From positions 1-61,032 of IMG/VR virus record IMGVR_UViG_3300032219_001145: 61,032 bases of DNA; one strand, given 5' to 3'. The DNA is from a virus. Its lineage: Duplodnaviria > Caudoviricetes. The notes beneath the pieces were generated by a model. That model made no database searches and was not told the DNA's origin. It worked only from the letters and a program-made list of their open reading frames with translations. This document shows, in pieces, positions 26,213-35,938 of this stretch; within the stretch, counting starts at the first letter, position 1; each line of letters starts with the position of its first letter. The position numbers and the translations under genes were made by a program.

Positions 26213-28090
26213 TTATGACGCCTCTCCCCAGTTTGGTCCAGTCTCCACGTCAACACGGGAGGGAACTTCTAGGGTTACTGCCTTGGCCATGATCTCGGCT
26301 GCAGCGCGGGCCTCGTCGATGTTCCTGACGGACAGCGCTACTTCGTCATGCACCTGCAGCAGCAATTTAAAACCGGCCTTGTGCAATGCCACCATGCCTG
26401 CCTTGGTCTGGTCTGCGGCCGACCCTTGGATCAAACGGTTCAGGCCCTTGTAGGTGCCCGCGCGCTTGATCCGTGAGCCGTATTCCATGACTGCCTGCTC
26501 GCGCGGCAGCGCCTTGTTCACGCCCCACTCCACAGGCTCCCACAGCGGGAAGCGGCACTTGCGGCCTAGGAGCGTGCGGATGGACCCGCCAGAGGCCGGG
26601 TGCTCAATGCGCTTCATGACAGCGTCCACGGTGCCTTTAAGAAACGGGACTTTGCTGTGGAATGTGGCGATCAGCTCGCTGGCCTCATCCAGGGGCAGGT
26701 CTAGCTGTGTGGCCAGCTTGGCTTTGCCCATGCCATACATCAGGCCCAGGCCGATGGTCTTGGCAGCCTTGCGTTTGATTCCGGCCATGTCGGCGACCAT
26801 CTGGTGGAAGTCCGTGTCGGGGTTGTCGCGGTAGGCCTGTGCCATCTTCTCCGCGCCGGGCAGGCCCAGCAGTGTGGCGTAGTGCACCAATAAACGCGGT
26901 TCTTGGGAAGAAAAGTCGTTTGCTGCCCAAATATCGCCATCTTCGGGCAGAAACAGGCCCCGCACCATGGGGCCGATGATCTCGTGGCGCGCGGGCACCT
27001 GCTGGAGGTTGGGGTTGGACGCTGACAGCCGCCCCGTGACGGTGCCGCCTTCCTCGTTGCGCATCTGGTTGAAGTGGGTGTGGACGCGGCCGTCCTTGGC
27101 GCTGTGCTTCAGGTAGGGCTCCAGGAACGTGCCGTGGGTCTTGTTCAGCTCCCGGGCCTCCAGGATCATCTTGGACATAGGGTGCTCGTGCGTATCCAGG
27201 AAGCTCTTGGTAAAGCTCGGCGCGCCAGCGGCTGTCTTGGGGTACTGGACGCCCAGGCGGTCGAATGCGGCGGCAATGGACTGCGCGGCCCAGATGTCCA
27301 CCTGCATGCCGGCCTGGCTCTTCAAGTACTTCAGAATTTCGGTTTCCTTACTCCGCATCTCGGCCATCTTCTGCTCGCACTTGGCGCGGTTGAAGTTGAT
27401 GCCCTGCAGCGTGATGTTCACCAGCACCGGCAGCACTTCGGTCTCCATCCTGAACACCGACTCCACCTCGTCGTTGCGCATGAGCGCCTTGAAGTGATGC
27501 CACAGCTTCAAAGTCAGCGCGGCGTCCTGCTCGGCGTAGTCGCCCACGTGCATGGCAGGCAGCTTCCACAATTCCTTTTTGGGGTGCACGCCGAAGTCGG
27601 ACGCCGACTCCTTCAAGCCCTGCTCAGACTTGATCTCCTTAAGGTAGTCAAAGCCCAGGCTGTTCAAGCTGTACGCAAACCGGTTCTCGTCCAGCACAGG
27701 TGCTGCCAGCATGGTGTCGTAGATCGTGCCGTTTACTTCAAATCCGGTGGCTCTGAGCCAGCCGAGGTCGTAGGCGGCGTTGTGCATGATCTTGTCTGCG
27801 GGCGTAGCCAAGACATCACGTATCCAGCGCTCCACAATACGCCTGTCCAGATTGCCACCACCAGCGTGAGCGACAGGGAAATAGCCAGCCCAACCGTCAA
27901 TAGCAACGGCATAACCAACAATGTAGCCGTCATTCCGAGGCCAGCCAGGGCCCAGGCTCTCCATGTTAGGGTCACAGGTTTCGAGGTCAATTGCAATCTC
28001 CTTAGCTTCACTGAGGTTGGGGAAAGATGCCGGCGGCAGCCACTCGGAAATCCGAGGGAACATGGGCATGGTCTTGGTATCGCGCTTCAT
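26213..28090 (-). CDS. polA: Family A DNA polymerase with 3'-5' exonuclease
   Basis: AIDLET, HNAAYD, YAEQDA; TVTGRLSASNPNLQQ, DFSSQEPR, KTIGLGLMYG, QVHDE; ATGA-coupled start at 28090. Confidence 0.95.
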   Translation of the reverse strand: MKRDTKTMPMFPRISEWLPPASFPNLSEAKEIAIDLETCDPNMESLGPGWPRNDGYIVGYAVAIDGWAGYFPVAHAGGGNLDRRIVERWIRDVLATPADKIMHNAAYDLGWLRATGFEVNGTIYDTMLAAPVLDENRFAYSLNSLGFDYLKEIKSEQGLKESASDFGVHPKKELWKLPAMHVGDYAEQDAALTLKLWHHFKALMRNDEVESVFRMETEVLPVLVNITLQGINFNRAKCEQKMAEMRSKETEILKYLKSQAGMQVDIWAAQSIAAAFDRLGVQYPKTAAGAPSFTKSFLDTHEHPMSKMILEARELNKTHGTFLEPYLKHSAKDGRVHTHFNQMRNEEGGTVTGRLSASNPNLQQVPARHEIIGPMVRGLFLPEDGDIWAANDFSSQEPRLLVHYATLLGLPGAEKMAQAYRDNPDTDFHQMVADMAGIKRKAAKTIGLGLMYGMGKAKLATQLDLPLDEASELIATFHSKVPFLKGTVDAVMKRIEHPASGGSIRTLLGRKCRFPLWEPVEWGVNKALPREQAVMEYGSRIKRAGTYKGLNRLIQGSAADQTKAGMVALHKAGFKLLLQVHDEVALSVRNIDEARAAAEIMAKAVTLEVPSRVDVETGPNWGEAS

Positions 28091-29586
28091 AGTCTGAAGC
28101 CTTTCAGTTCGTTCTTTGGCAGCACGATGTGCAGCGTTTGCTTGGCGCGGGTGATGCCCACATACAGCAGACGATTGATGTCGTCCGAGTTCTTGTCGTA
28201 GTCCTTGGCAAAGCGCGTGGACAGGTCCGACATCAGCAGCACGTTGTCGGCCTCGCCGCCCTTGGCACCGTGGATCGTGGACAACTTGATGGGCACGTGG
28301 CCCGTGAGCTTTGTGTTGCGGCGCAGCAAAGAGACCAAGTAGTCCCGACGGTCCTCGCTGATCTTGGTCAGCGCCTTGTGCCAAATTTCATCTGAAAGAA
28401 GCCCGTGCTTCTCTTTCAAAAGGTCAATTGTGTACACACCTGCCGGGTCGGCCGTGCGCAGCATCTTGTGGCCGTGCTTGATGAAGTCGCTGCCCATGTA
28501 CTTGTAGACCACTTTGAGCACGTGGAACGGCACCTCGCCGCCCTTGCGCAGCTTCTCCCAGCCCAGCACCGCGATCAGGATGCTCTCACTCACGCTGCGT
28601 TGTCCGTGGCGCTCGAACAGCAGCCCCTGGCTTTTTATCCAGTCATGCATGTCGGTGAGCATGTAGTTGGCGCTGGCCAGGATGAGCCAGTTGCCCTGGC
28701 TGATGTCGACCTGCTGGAAGTCGTTGTAGTAGCTGATGCTGCCCGCCTCTTCGCGCGCCTTCCAGACCTTGGGCTGGCGGTGCTTGATGCGGGTCACCAC
28801 GCGATTGGCTAGGGCGTGGATTTTTGATGGTACCCGGTACGACTGGTCAAGGATTTTGACATCACCCGTAAACCCCAGGAAGCTCGCAACGTCAGCTCCG
28901 GCCCAGGTGTAGACCGCCTGGTCGTCGTCCCCTGCCAAAAAGGCGCGCTGGGAGCGCAACGCAAGTTGCTCGACCAGCCTCCATTGCAAGCGTGACAGGT
29001 CTTGTGCCTCGTCGATGATCAGGGCGTCCAGCTTTGGCAGGCGCTCGGGCTCCAGCAGCACGTGCTCCAGGAGGTCGGTGAAGTCCAGCAAACTGCGGGA
29101 TGTTTTGTAGTGTCGGTAGGCCCGCTCGACGTACTCAAAGTGGTACCACTCGATCTGCATCTCAGACATGTTGTAGTGCGTGCGCAGGTCCATGCCGCGA
29201 ATGCGGGCAATGTTGATCTCGTTCAGGATCGGGTTGTCGGCCTTGACCGCAAACTCCTCGTCGCCGTTCTCAATGGCCAGCTCAATGCCCGCCTCTAAAG
29301 CAAACTCACGGTAGTGCTCCGGCGACATCATGTCCTTGGTGGTGATGCCCAGGCAGCGGTAGGCCAGGCTGTGCAGCGTGCGAAAAAACGGGAAGTCCGT
29401 GTCGGGGTTCAGGTTGGGGAACTTCTGGATGGCCCGGTCGCGCGCTTCGGTGGCCGCCTTCTTGGTGAAAGCAAAGTAGCCAATCTTCATTGGGTGCACA
29501 TTGTTCTCCAGCTCGGTCTCAACAATGCTCAGGAGGTAGGTGGTCTTGCCGGACCCGGGTGGGCCGAAAACTTTGGTGGTGCTCAT
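28087..29586 (-). CDS. UvrD/Rep-like SF1 helicase
   Basis: GPPGSGKT, TLHS, IDEAQD, GDDDQA, QSYR, STIHGAKGGE, YVGITRA. Confidence 0.92.
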   Translation of the reverse strand: MSTTKVFGPPGSGKTTYLLSIVETELENNVHPMKIGYFAFTKKAATEARDRAIQKFPNLNPDTDFPFFRTLHSLAYRCLGITTKDMMSPEHYREFALEAGIELAIENGDEEFAVKADNPILNEINIARIRGMDLRTHYNMSEMQIEWYHFEYVERAYRHYKTSRSLLDFTDLLEHVLLEPERLPKLDALIIDEAQDLSRLQWRLVEQLALRSQRAFLAGDDDQAVYTWAGADVASFLGFTGDVKILDQSYRVPSKIHALANRVVTRIKHRQPKVWKAREEAGSISYYNDFQQVDISQGNWLILASANYMLTDMHDWIKSQGLLFERHGQRSVSESILIAVLGWEKLRKGGEVPFHVLKVVYKYMGSDFIKHGHKMLRTADPAGVYTIDLLKEKHGLLSDEIWHKALTKISEDRRDYLVSLLRRNTKLTGHVPIKLSTIHGAKGGEADNVLLMSDLSTRFAKDYDKNSDDINRLLYVGITRAKQTLHIVLPKNELKGFRL

Positions 29587-29819
29587 TCGTCCTCCCAATA
29601 GTCATTTGGCCAAACAAGGACAGGAGTGTGCGGACCGACGTATGCACCTTCGATGTTAAATTCGATGTACTCACGGGCATCCTCTGAGTCCATGCCGTCT
29701 TTGACAAGGTTCTTGCGAATCACTTCCGCGTCGTAGACCAAAACATCCACCATAGAGTTGTTGCGCCAGATCATTGCAGGGCCGATGATCGCGTCGTCAT
29801 GTCCGTCAATTTTTAGCAT
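29583..29819 (-). CDS. Conserved acidic hypothetical protein
   Basis: DGHDDAIIG...EDAREYIEFNIEGAYVGPHTP. Confidence 0.75.
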   Translation of the reverse strand: MLKIDGHDDAIIGPAMIWRNNSMVDVLVYDAEVIRKNLVKDGMDSEDAREYIEFNIEGAYVGPHTPVLVWPNDYWEDE

Positions 29820-31351
29820 CAGAATGGACTCCTTTGTGTACGTTGTTCTGGGGTGTCAAACGGTGCGTCTTGGTGGCTGAAGCGTGAAATCTTCCAGCAC
29901 CGTGCTGCGCGGTTCTTGAGAAACAAACTGATCGGCTCGCCACCCAGGTCACGCAGGCGCTGCGCCATCTTTGGATGCGTCATGCCCTTGAAGTTGTTGC
30001 GCACCAGGTGCGCTTCCAGGTCCTTCATGCGGAAGTAGGTCTTGGCCTCGTTGTCGTCCGTCCAGGGACGGCCCATGAGGATTTCTTCGCGGTCCATTGC
30101 TTGCTGCAGGTGGGTGCAGAACTCTTCAAGCAGGTCGTTGAAGCGGCCGGTGATGCTGGTGTCTTCGCTGGCCTCGGTGATCTGCTCGGTCTCAACCATC
30201 TCCTTAAGCAATGCATTGAGAAGCTGCTCCCAGTCTTGCTTGCGCAGCGTGGGCGGCAAGAGGTTCAGCTTTTCAACGCAGGCCTTTTGAAAGGCCGCCT
30301 GTGCAAACAAGCTCTCGGTGTCCAGCTCGATCCGCTTGCCGTTGATGTCCAGGAACCACAGCGGCGGCTCCGAGTTGTACTTGGACAGTGAGGACATCTG
30401 CGGCGCGTCTGGCCCGTTGGCCCCGATCCCGTGTTTGCGTGTCCTGCAAAGCCCGCTGTTGCAAAAGCTGTTGAGCGGGGAGTCCTTGCACTTGTAGCGA
30501 TATTCTTTCTTGTGCAGCTGCTTGACCAGGATTTGAACCTCGTTGTTGGGCAGCGGCGGGGAAACGTACTTCAGGTTGTGCTCGACCAGGGCATCGTCCC
30601 AGTGGATGGGGATGACCTTCTTGAGGTAGATGCCAATGTTGAACAGCGCGTTGTTGCGTGTGCCTTCGGGCACGCCCTGGGTGCACAGTGCCTGCAGGCA
30701 TGGCGGGCCGTCTTTGATGGGATGGTCAGGGGCCTTTGGCTCTTCGGGGAACTTGAGGTCGGGGTCTTGCACCCACTGGTCGTACAGCTCGTAGAACTCC
30801 TCCAGGGTGGCCGCCGTGCCGTCGTCCCTGATGGCGTAGCGCATGGTCTGATCCCCGCCGAAATACGGCAGGTTCAGAAAGTTGCCCGTGTCGCCACGGT
30901 CAACCAGGATTTCAGCTTGCTTGGGAAAAATCTCACGGCCAGCTTCGCCCAGAAGGGCGGCGGAGGCCTTGAGAAACCGCTGCATCTCGGCAGCGGGTAT
31001 GGGTTCTTTGGTGAACAGGAAAACGTGTGCGCCACCAGACTTGCTGCGGCACACAACCATCGGGAGCCCGAGGTTCCTGACCTTCTTTATCAGGCCGACG
31101 TGGTCCAGAGGATACTGGTCAATGTCAATACAGCCCCAGATGCAGGAGTTATCTGCCCGGATCGGAATAATTCCCAGACTCGGTTCAGCGCCTTCAAGGT
31201 GTTTGGCCCACAGGTCGTCCGTCGGTGGCTTGCGCACCACGACGGCCTTGCCTGCCTGCTTTCCGTCTCCACGGGATGATTCAATTTTGTATGTCCCATA
31301 GGCGATATCCAGGCCGGAAAAAATCGCTTTGAACCGGGTTATGTCAGTCAT
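29819..31351 (-). CDS. AEP-type primase with PriCT-like domain
   Basis: CIDID, SKSGGAH, GNFLNLPY, PPCL..GTRNNALF, Cys cluster. Confidence 0.8.
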   Translation of the reverse strand: MTDITRFKAIFSGLDIAYGTYKIESSRGDGKQAGKAVVVRKPPTDDLWAKHLEGAEPSLGIIPIRADNSCIWGCIDIDQYPLDHVGLIKKVRNLGLPMVVCRSKSGGAHVFLFTKEPIPAAEMQRFLKASAALLGEAGREIFPKQAEILVDRGDTGNFLNLPYFGGDQTMRYAIRDDGTAATLEEFYELYDQWVQDPDLKFPEEPKAPDHPIKDGPPCLQALCTQGVPEGTRNNALFNIGIYLKKVIPIHWDDALVEHNLKYVSPPLPNNEVQILVKQLHKKEYRYKCKDSPLNSFCNSGLCRTRKHGIGANGPDAPQMSSLSKYNSEPPLWFLDINGKRIELDTESLFAQAAFQKACVEKLNLLPPTLRKQDWEQLLNALLKEMVETEQITEASEDTSITGRFNDLLEEFCTHLQQAMDREEILMGRPWTDDNEAKTYFRMKDLEAHLVRNNFKGMTHPKMAQRLRDLGGEPISLFLKNRAARCWKISRFSHQDAPFDTPEQRTQRSPF

Positions 31352-31363
31352 TTCTTCTTTCTA

Positions 31364-31466
31364 GTGAGGTGGGGCCTACTCACGCCGGGAGGGGTACCCG
31401 TGTTTTGCCTTTCATGAGCTACATGAAACGACTCAACTATCAGTCTCCCAAACACTTTCGGCCCCG
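31364..31466 (-). promoter_or_regulatory. Structured intergenic leader upstream of the primase gene
   Basis: Nested stems GGGGCC/GGCCCC, GTGTTT/AAACAC, GACT/AGTC, TTTCATG/CATGAAA. Confidence 0.5.
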
Positions 31467-31470
31467 AAAA

Positions 31471-32244
31471 TCAGAATGGTGCAGGACCGTTTCCGGCAGC
31501 TCCAGCTTCAGTTTCGTGCTTCACCTTCACGTCACCCGCACCGACTGACTGTGCGAATGTCTTGGCAGCATTGTAGATATCGGCGGACTCGACAGGGCCG
31601 GTGCGCTCGACTTCCCAGCCGTACCACTTGCCCTTGTCGTTGGACTCGGCAACAGTGGAGAGTTTGTACATCTGGCTGTACATCGGCGGTGTGAACAGCC
31701 CGTTCTTCCCGGACATCTTCACCGACTGCATCATAGAGTTCCACTTGCGGCTCTTCTTGAGCTGCGTAGACTTCATGGTGATGAGGGCCGGCTCAGGATA
31801 GCCCGACGAGCCAATCATCATCACGTAGTAGTTTGCGGTGTTCTCGATGTAGTTGCCGTTGTCCAGGTAGTCCTTGTTGTCACCAGGCTCTTTATGAGTC
31901 TGCGACAAAACGTCACTGGTTGCCGGGTAGATGTGCACAGGTGCACCGCTGCCCTGGCCGCGTGGCATCCATTCAATGTACTGACGCACGTATGCGCAAG
32001 GTACAACAAAGATACCGCTCTTACCGTCAAACAGTTCACCCGTCACGGAGTTGAGGATCATGCCTGGGAGGGCACCATCAACTTCTCCGACTTCAGGGCT
32101 GGTGCTTGTCAGCAGACGCAGGAAAGGCAGTGCGTAGTCTTCCTGATTCATGCCGCTAAAGCCGGCACCAGCATCCTGTTCCATGTCGCCCACAATTGCC
32201 AGTGCAGCACTAGCTTTCTGTTCCGCGATTTCGTTTTTAGCCAT
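31471..32244 (-). CDS. Probable ssDNA-binding protein
   Basis: Position in replication module; LPFLRLL, ITMKSTQLKKSRKWNS; C-terminal ...APF tail. Confidence 0.6.
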   Translation of the reverse strand: MAKNEIAEQKASAALAIVGDMEQDAGAGFSGMNQEDYALPFLRLLTSTSPEVGEVDGALPGMILNSVTGELFDGKSGIFVVPCAYVRQYIEWMPRGQGSGAPVHIYPATSDVLSQTHKEPGDNKDYLDNGNYIENTANYYVMMIGSSGYPEPALITMKSTQLKKSRKWNSMMQSVKMSGKNGLFTPPMYSQMYKLSTVAESNDKGKWYGWEVERTGPVESADIYNAAKTFAQSVGAGDVKVKHETEAGAAGNGPAPF

Positions 32245-32260
32245 GATTCTTTTCCTTGTT

Positions 32261-32815
32261 TCAGTTTGATTTGATGATTGCTTTTTGACCAATGAATACG
32301 CCAAAAAGTTCTGTGTCGACGGTTTGACCCTTTTCGACACGTTCCTTAACCCAGGCCTTGAGAGTCTGGGGTTCTATCTTCTGTGCCTGCTCGGCAGGGT
32401 AGCCTTGCGTGCCCAGTAGATTCAGCAGACGAACGGATAGCTCGTCTTCACCACGCCCGAAACGGACGCTGATGGTGTTTTTGATGATGTCGTCAAAGCC
32501 ATTGTCGCGCAGCCATTGGTACGCTTCGGCCTGACGGGCCTTTGGAATGCTCGCTCCGTAGAACGGCTTGATGTCAATGCTACTGCCATCTTCCATCACA
32601 AACTTCTTCATCCCTGTCTCGGCCATAGCCTCGGGGATAGTCTGCTCGGTGAGCTTGCGGTACTGCTCGTTTCTCTCTGAGAGCACTTCCTCCATCTCAG
32701 CGATCTCCTTCTCAAGCATCTTGGCACGCTTGGCAAGCCCAGCGATACCCGATACCTGGTCATCAGATACCTTCAACGCACCTGCGTCGTCTTCAAACAA
32801 ATTCGTAAGACTCAT
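32261..32815 (-). CDS. Conserved replication-module hypothetical protein
   Basis: IPEAMAE, WLRDNGFDDIIKN, EPQTLKAWVKE. Confidence 0.75.
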   Translation of the reverse strand: MSLTNLFEDDAGALKVSDDQVSGIAGLAKRAKMLEKEIAEMEEVLSERNEQYRKLTEQTIPEAMAETGMKKFVMEDGSSIDIKPFYGASIPKARQAEAYQWLRDNGFDDIIKNTISVRFGRGEDELSVRLLNLLGTQGYPAEQAQKIEPQTLKAWVKERVEKGQTVDTELFGVFIGQKAIIKSN

Positions 32816-33137
32816 CTATTTCTCCTTTCTTGAACAAATCAACCTCCAGTGGAATATAACGTCTTTCACGCTTGTCCCACTTGAGGCACTTAAAGCGGCC
32901 ATTGTTTTTACTGGCTGCTACTGCACAGGCAATGCCTATGGCAGAGGGGTCTCCAATGAGGAGCAAAAAGTCCTCATCAGAAAATTTCTCCAGCTTACGC
33001 TGAATACGGCGGACTGTCGGCACAACGGAGAAAGCTATCTGCGCATTGGGAGGCAGAATAGTTTCGATCTGGCCATAGTCCAGAGCGCTTGCTATGTTGT
33101 GTTGCGTAGTCTCCGAGACCACGTAAACCTTGGGCAT
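32793..33137 (-). CDS. Hypothetical protein
   Basis: DFLLLIGDP...LKWDKRERRY; first gene after a TTGCAT-18 bp-TACACT promoter at 33169-33198. Confidence 0.7.
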   Translation of the reverse strand: MPKVYVVSETTQHNIASALDYGQIETILPPNAQIAFSVVPTVRRIQRKLEKFSDEDFLLLIGDPSAIGIACAVAASKNNGRFKCLKWDKRERRYIPLEVDLFKKGEIDESYEFV

Positions 33138-33220
33138 GTGAATTTCTCCTTTCTGAATTCGAGCGGCCAGTGTACACTATCTTTTCAGGGAAATGCAACC
33201 CCTGCCAGAAAGATATACGT

Positions 33221-34672
33221 ATGGACCAATTTTTATCGACCTACCCCTTCAAGAACAAGCCCTTTGTACACCAGCAGGCTTACCTTCAACGCTTCTGGGA
33301 GTACCAGGTAGCGGCCCTGTTCGCCGACATGGGCACAGGGAAAAGTTTCATGCTGATCAACAACGTGGCCATGCTCTACGACAAGGGCAAACTCAACGGA
33401 TTTTTGATCGTAGCCCCAAAAGGGGTGTACCGCAACTGGTATGACACCGAAATCCCTAAGCATTTACCCGACCATGTCGTGTACCGCATGGCCATTTGGT
33501 CGCCGTCGCCCAGAAAAGCCGAACAAAAAGCACTGGACGACCTGTTCACGGTCACCGAGGACCTCAAAATCCTGGTGATGAACATCGAGGCGTTCAGCAC
33601 TGCCAAGGGCACCGCTTACGCCAAGCGCTTCTTGCTCGTGCACAACGCAATGATGGCGATTGATGAGAGCACCACCATTAAGACGCCCAACTCTGCCCGC
33701 AGCAAGAACACCGAGAAGGTGGGCCATGGCGCGCGATACAGGCGCATCCTCACGGGCTCCCCCGTGACCAAGAGCCCGATGGACCTGTACCAGCAATGCG
33801 CTTTCCTGTCGGACAACTGCCTGAACGTGAGCAGCTATTACGTGTTCCAGGCGCGCTACGCCGTGACCGTGGAGCGCCAGCTGAACACCCATAGCTTCAA
33901 GCAGATCGTGGGCTACAGACGCCTGGACGAGCTGAAAGAAAAGCTCGACCGGTTTGCCTTTCGCGTGAAGAAGGAGGAGTGCCTGGACCTGCCCGACAAG
34001 CTCTACGTCAAGCGTGAGGTGGACCTGACGCCGGAGCAGCTCAGGTACTACAACCAAATGAAGGCCTTTGCCATGGCGCAGATTGAGGGCGGCCTGGTGA
34101 GCACCGTCAACGCGCTCACCCAGCTCATGCGCCTGCACCAGATCGTCTGCGGCCACGTGAAACTGGACGACGGCACCGTAATTGAGCTGCCCAATAAGCG
34201 CCTGGACGAGCTGCTGGCCATTGTCGAAGAGACGGACGGCAAGCTCATCATTTGGGCCAACTACAGGCACGACATTGAGGCCATCAAGATGGCGCTCGCA
34301 AAGGAATACGGCATGAACACCGTGGGCATGTACTACGGGGACACCGACATGGATGAGCGAAAGCGTGTCCTGGAGGAGTTTCAAAACCCAGACAGCGAAA
34401 TGCGTTTCTTTGTGGGAAACCCCAGCACTGGTGGCTACGGCCTGACGCTCACAGCGGCCAGCACGATGGTCTATTACAGCAACAGCTTTGACCTGGAAAA
34501 ACGCCTGCAGTCCGAGGACCGCGCACATCGTATTGGCCAGACCAAGAACGTGACCTACATCGACCTGATTGCCGTGGGCACCGTGGACGAAAAGATCGTC
34601 AAAGCGCTGCGAGCAAAGATTGACATTGCAACCCAAGTTCTTGGAGAGAAGTTCAAATCATGGCTGATTTAA
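33221..34672 (+). CDS. SNF2-family helicase
   Basis: DMGTGKS, IDES, LTGSP, GGYGLTL, QSEDRAHRIGQ. Confidence 0.92.
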   Translation: MDQFLSTYPFKNKPFVHQQAYLQRFWEYQVAALFADMGTGKSFMLINNVAMLYDKGKLNGFLIVAPKGVYRNWYDTEIPKHLPDHVVYRMAIWSPSPRKAEQKALDDLFTVTEDLKILVMNIEAFSTAKGTAYAKRFLLVHNAMMAIDESTTIKTPNSARSKNTEKVGHGARYRRILTGSPVTKSPMDLYQQCAFLSDNCLNVSSYYVFQARYAVTVERQLNTHSFKQIVGYRRLDELKEKLDRFAFRVKKEECLDLPDKLYVKREVDLTPEQLRYYNQMKAFAMAQIEGGLVSTVNALTQLMRLHQIVCGHVKLDDGTVIELPNKRLDELLAIVEETDGKLIIWANYRHDIEAIKMALAKEYGMNTVGMYYGDTDMDERKRVLEEFQNPDSEMRFFVGNPSTGGYGLTLTAASTMVYYSNSFDLEKRLQSEDRAHRIGQTKNVTYIDLIAVGTVDEKIVKALRAKIDIATQVLGEKFKSWLI

Positions 34673-35340
34673 TCCCGTGGGCACGCCGTTACGTGTACGA
34701 AAAACTCGAGCGAATCGACGCATCTTCCGGACGTGTTTATGTGCTGCCCGGCGGTGCACAGGTTCCGTCTGTGACCACCATACTGGACCGCACCAAGGAC
34801 AAGACAGCGCTCCTGGAGTGGGCCGCCCGCGTGGGCCACGCAGAGGCTAACAGGCAGCGCGACCAAGCAGCCTACATTGGCACGTGGATGCACAACACGC
34901 TGGAGGCTGTGCTATCGGGTGACCCGTTGTCCTTGGGCCGTGATTGGGAGGCCATGAAGGGCCACCAGATGGCGCTTACCCTGGCCAACAAGTACTTCGG
35001 GGCAATCAGCGCGATCCACGGCTCGGAGGTATGCCTGTACTACAAGGACCGCTACGCCGGCACAACTGACCTGGTGGCCACGTACCGTGGCAAGCTGGCC
35101 ATCGTCGACTTCAAGCAGTCCGTCAAGCCCAAGCGCTACGAGTACATCACCGACTACTTTCACCAGTTGGCCGCCTATGCCGTGGCACATGACTGGAAGC
35201 ACCGCACGTCAATTGACTATGCCGCTGTGCTGATTGCAGTGCAGGACGGGACGACGCAGGAGTTCACCATTGCGGGCCGGGACTGGGAACTGTTCAAGGC
35301 CGAGTGGATGCAGCGGTTAGCGCAGTTTGGGCAATACTAG
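34660..35340 (+). CDS. PD-(D/E)XK exonuclease (MGME1/RecB-like)
   Basis: PSVTTIL, GTWMH, YAGTTD, IVDFK, QLAAYA. Confidence 0.88.
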   Translation: MADLIPWARRYVYEKLERIDASSGRVYVLPGGAQVPSVTTILDRTKDKTALLEWAARVGHAEANRQRDQAAYIGTWMHNTLEAVLSGDPLSLGRDWEAMKGHQMALTLANKYFGAISAIHGSEVCLYYKDRYAGTTDLVATYRGKLAIVDFKQSVKPKRYEYITDYFHQLAAYAVAHDWKHRTSIDYAAVLIAVQDGTTQEFTIAGRDWELFKAEWMQRLAQFGQY

Positions 35341-35787
35341 CCAGAGGGTGAGAAATATAACCAGAAATACGAGGAGGACTACGGCCGCTATGGTGGCTAT
35401 CTCCTCTATCTGTTTGTCGCGCCTGAGCTTGGCCTCACGCTTGCGCCGCGTTGCGTGCGCTGCTTCAATTTCCATGTTTTGGGCGCGCTTAACAATGCGT
35501 TGCCACACGTCCATTTTGTTGCTCTGGAAGAACAACATCTGCACTTGGCTTTCAAACTCTTTGGCCTGTTCTATGGCCAGCTCCAGCTCCAGCGCTTGAC
35601 CCAGGGCAGAGCCTTTAAAGTCGCCTGCCTTTGCCTGTTTAACAACCGCAATCGCCTGTTCTTTGGCCTCAAAATACTTTCCCAACACAGGGCCCAGAGA
35701 GGCCACGTCGTCGACTGTTTTAGCAACCTTTTTTACAAGGGTGACGGCCGAGGATATGGCCGCTAGGGCTGTGATTGGGTCGATCAT
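35317..35787 (-). CDS. Membrane-anchored hypothetical protein
   Basis: MIDPITALAA; C-terminal hydrophobic helix. Confidence 0.7.
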   Translation of the reverse strand: MIDPITALAAISSAVTLVKKVAKTVDDVASLGPVLGKYFEAKEQAIAVVKQAKAGDFKGSALGQALELELAIEQAKEFESQVQMLFFQSNKMDVWQRIVKRAQNMEIEAAHATRRKREAKLRRDKQIEEIATIAAVVLLVFLVIFLTLWLVLPKLR

Positions 35788-35938
35788 TTCTTCTCTCGCC
35801 ACTCAAGACAATGCACTCTTCCTTCGTGTGCGTCTTTTGTCCAGGCCCACCGAACGCACTCCATCTTGGGTGCCTTGGCCGGTGCGGGCTTTTGCCCGCT
35901 AATCAACAGAGGTTGAGCGGCCAGCAGCATGGCTACGA

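Noticed and set aside
31364-31466. Hammerhead ribozyme or tRNA
   Set aside because: CUGAUAG does not fit CUGANGA and the order relative to GAAA does not fit; no T-loop or cloverleaf
34148-34163. Second parS site (CACGTGAAACT)
   Set aside because: Half-site only, inside the SNF2 coding sequence
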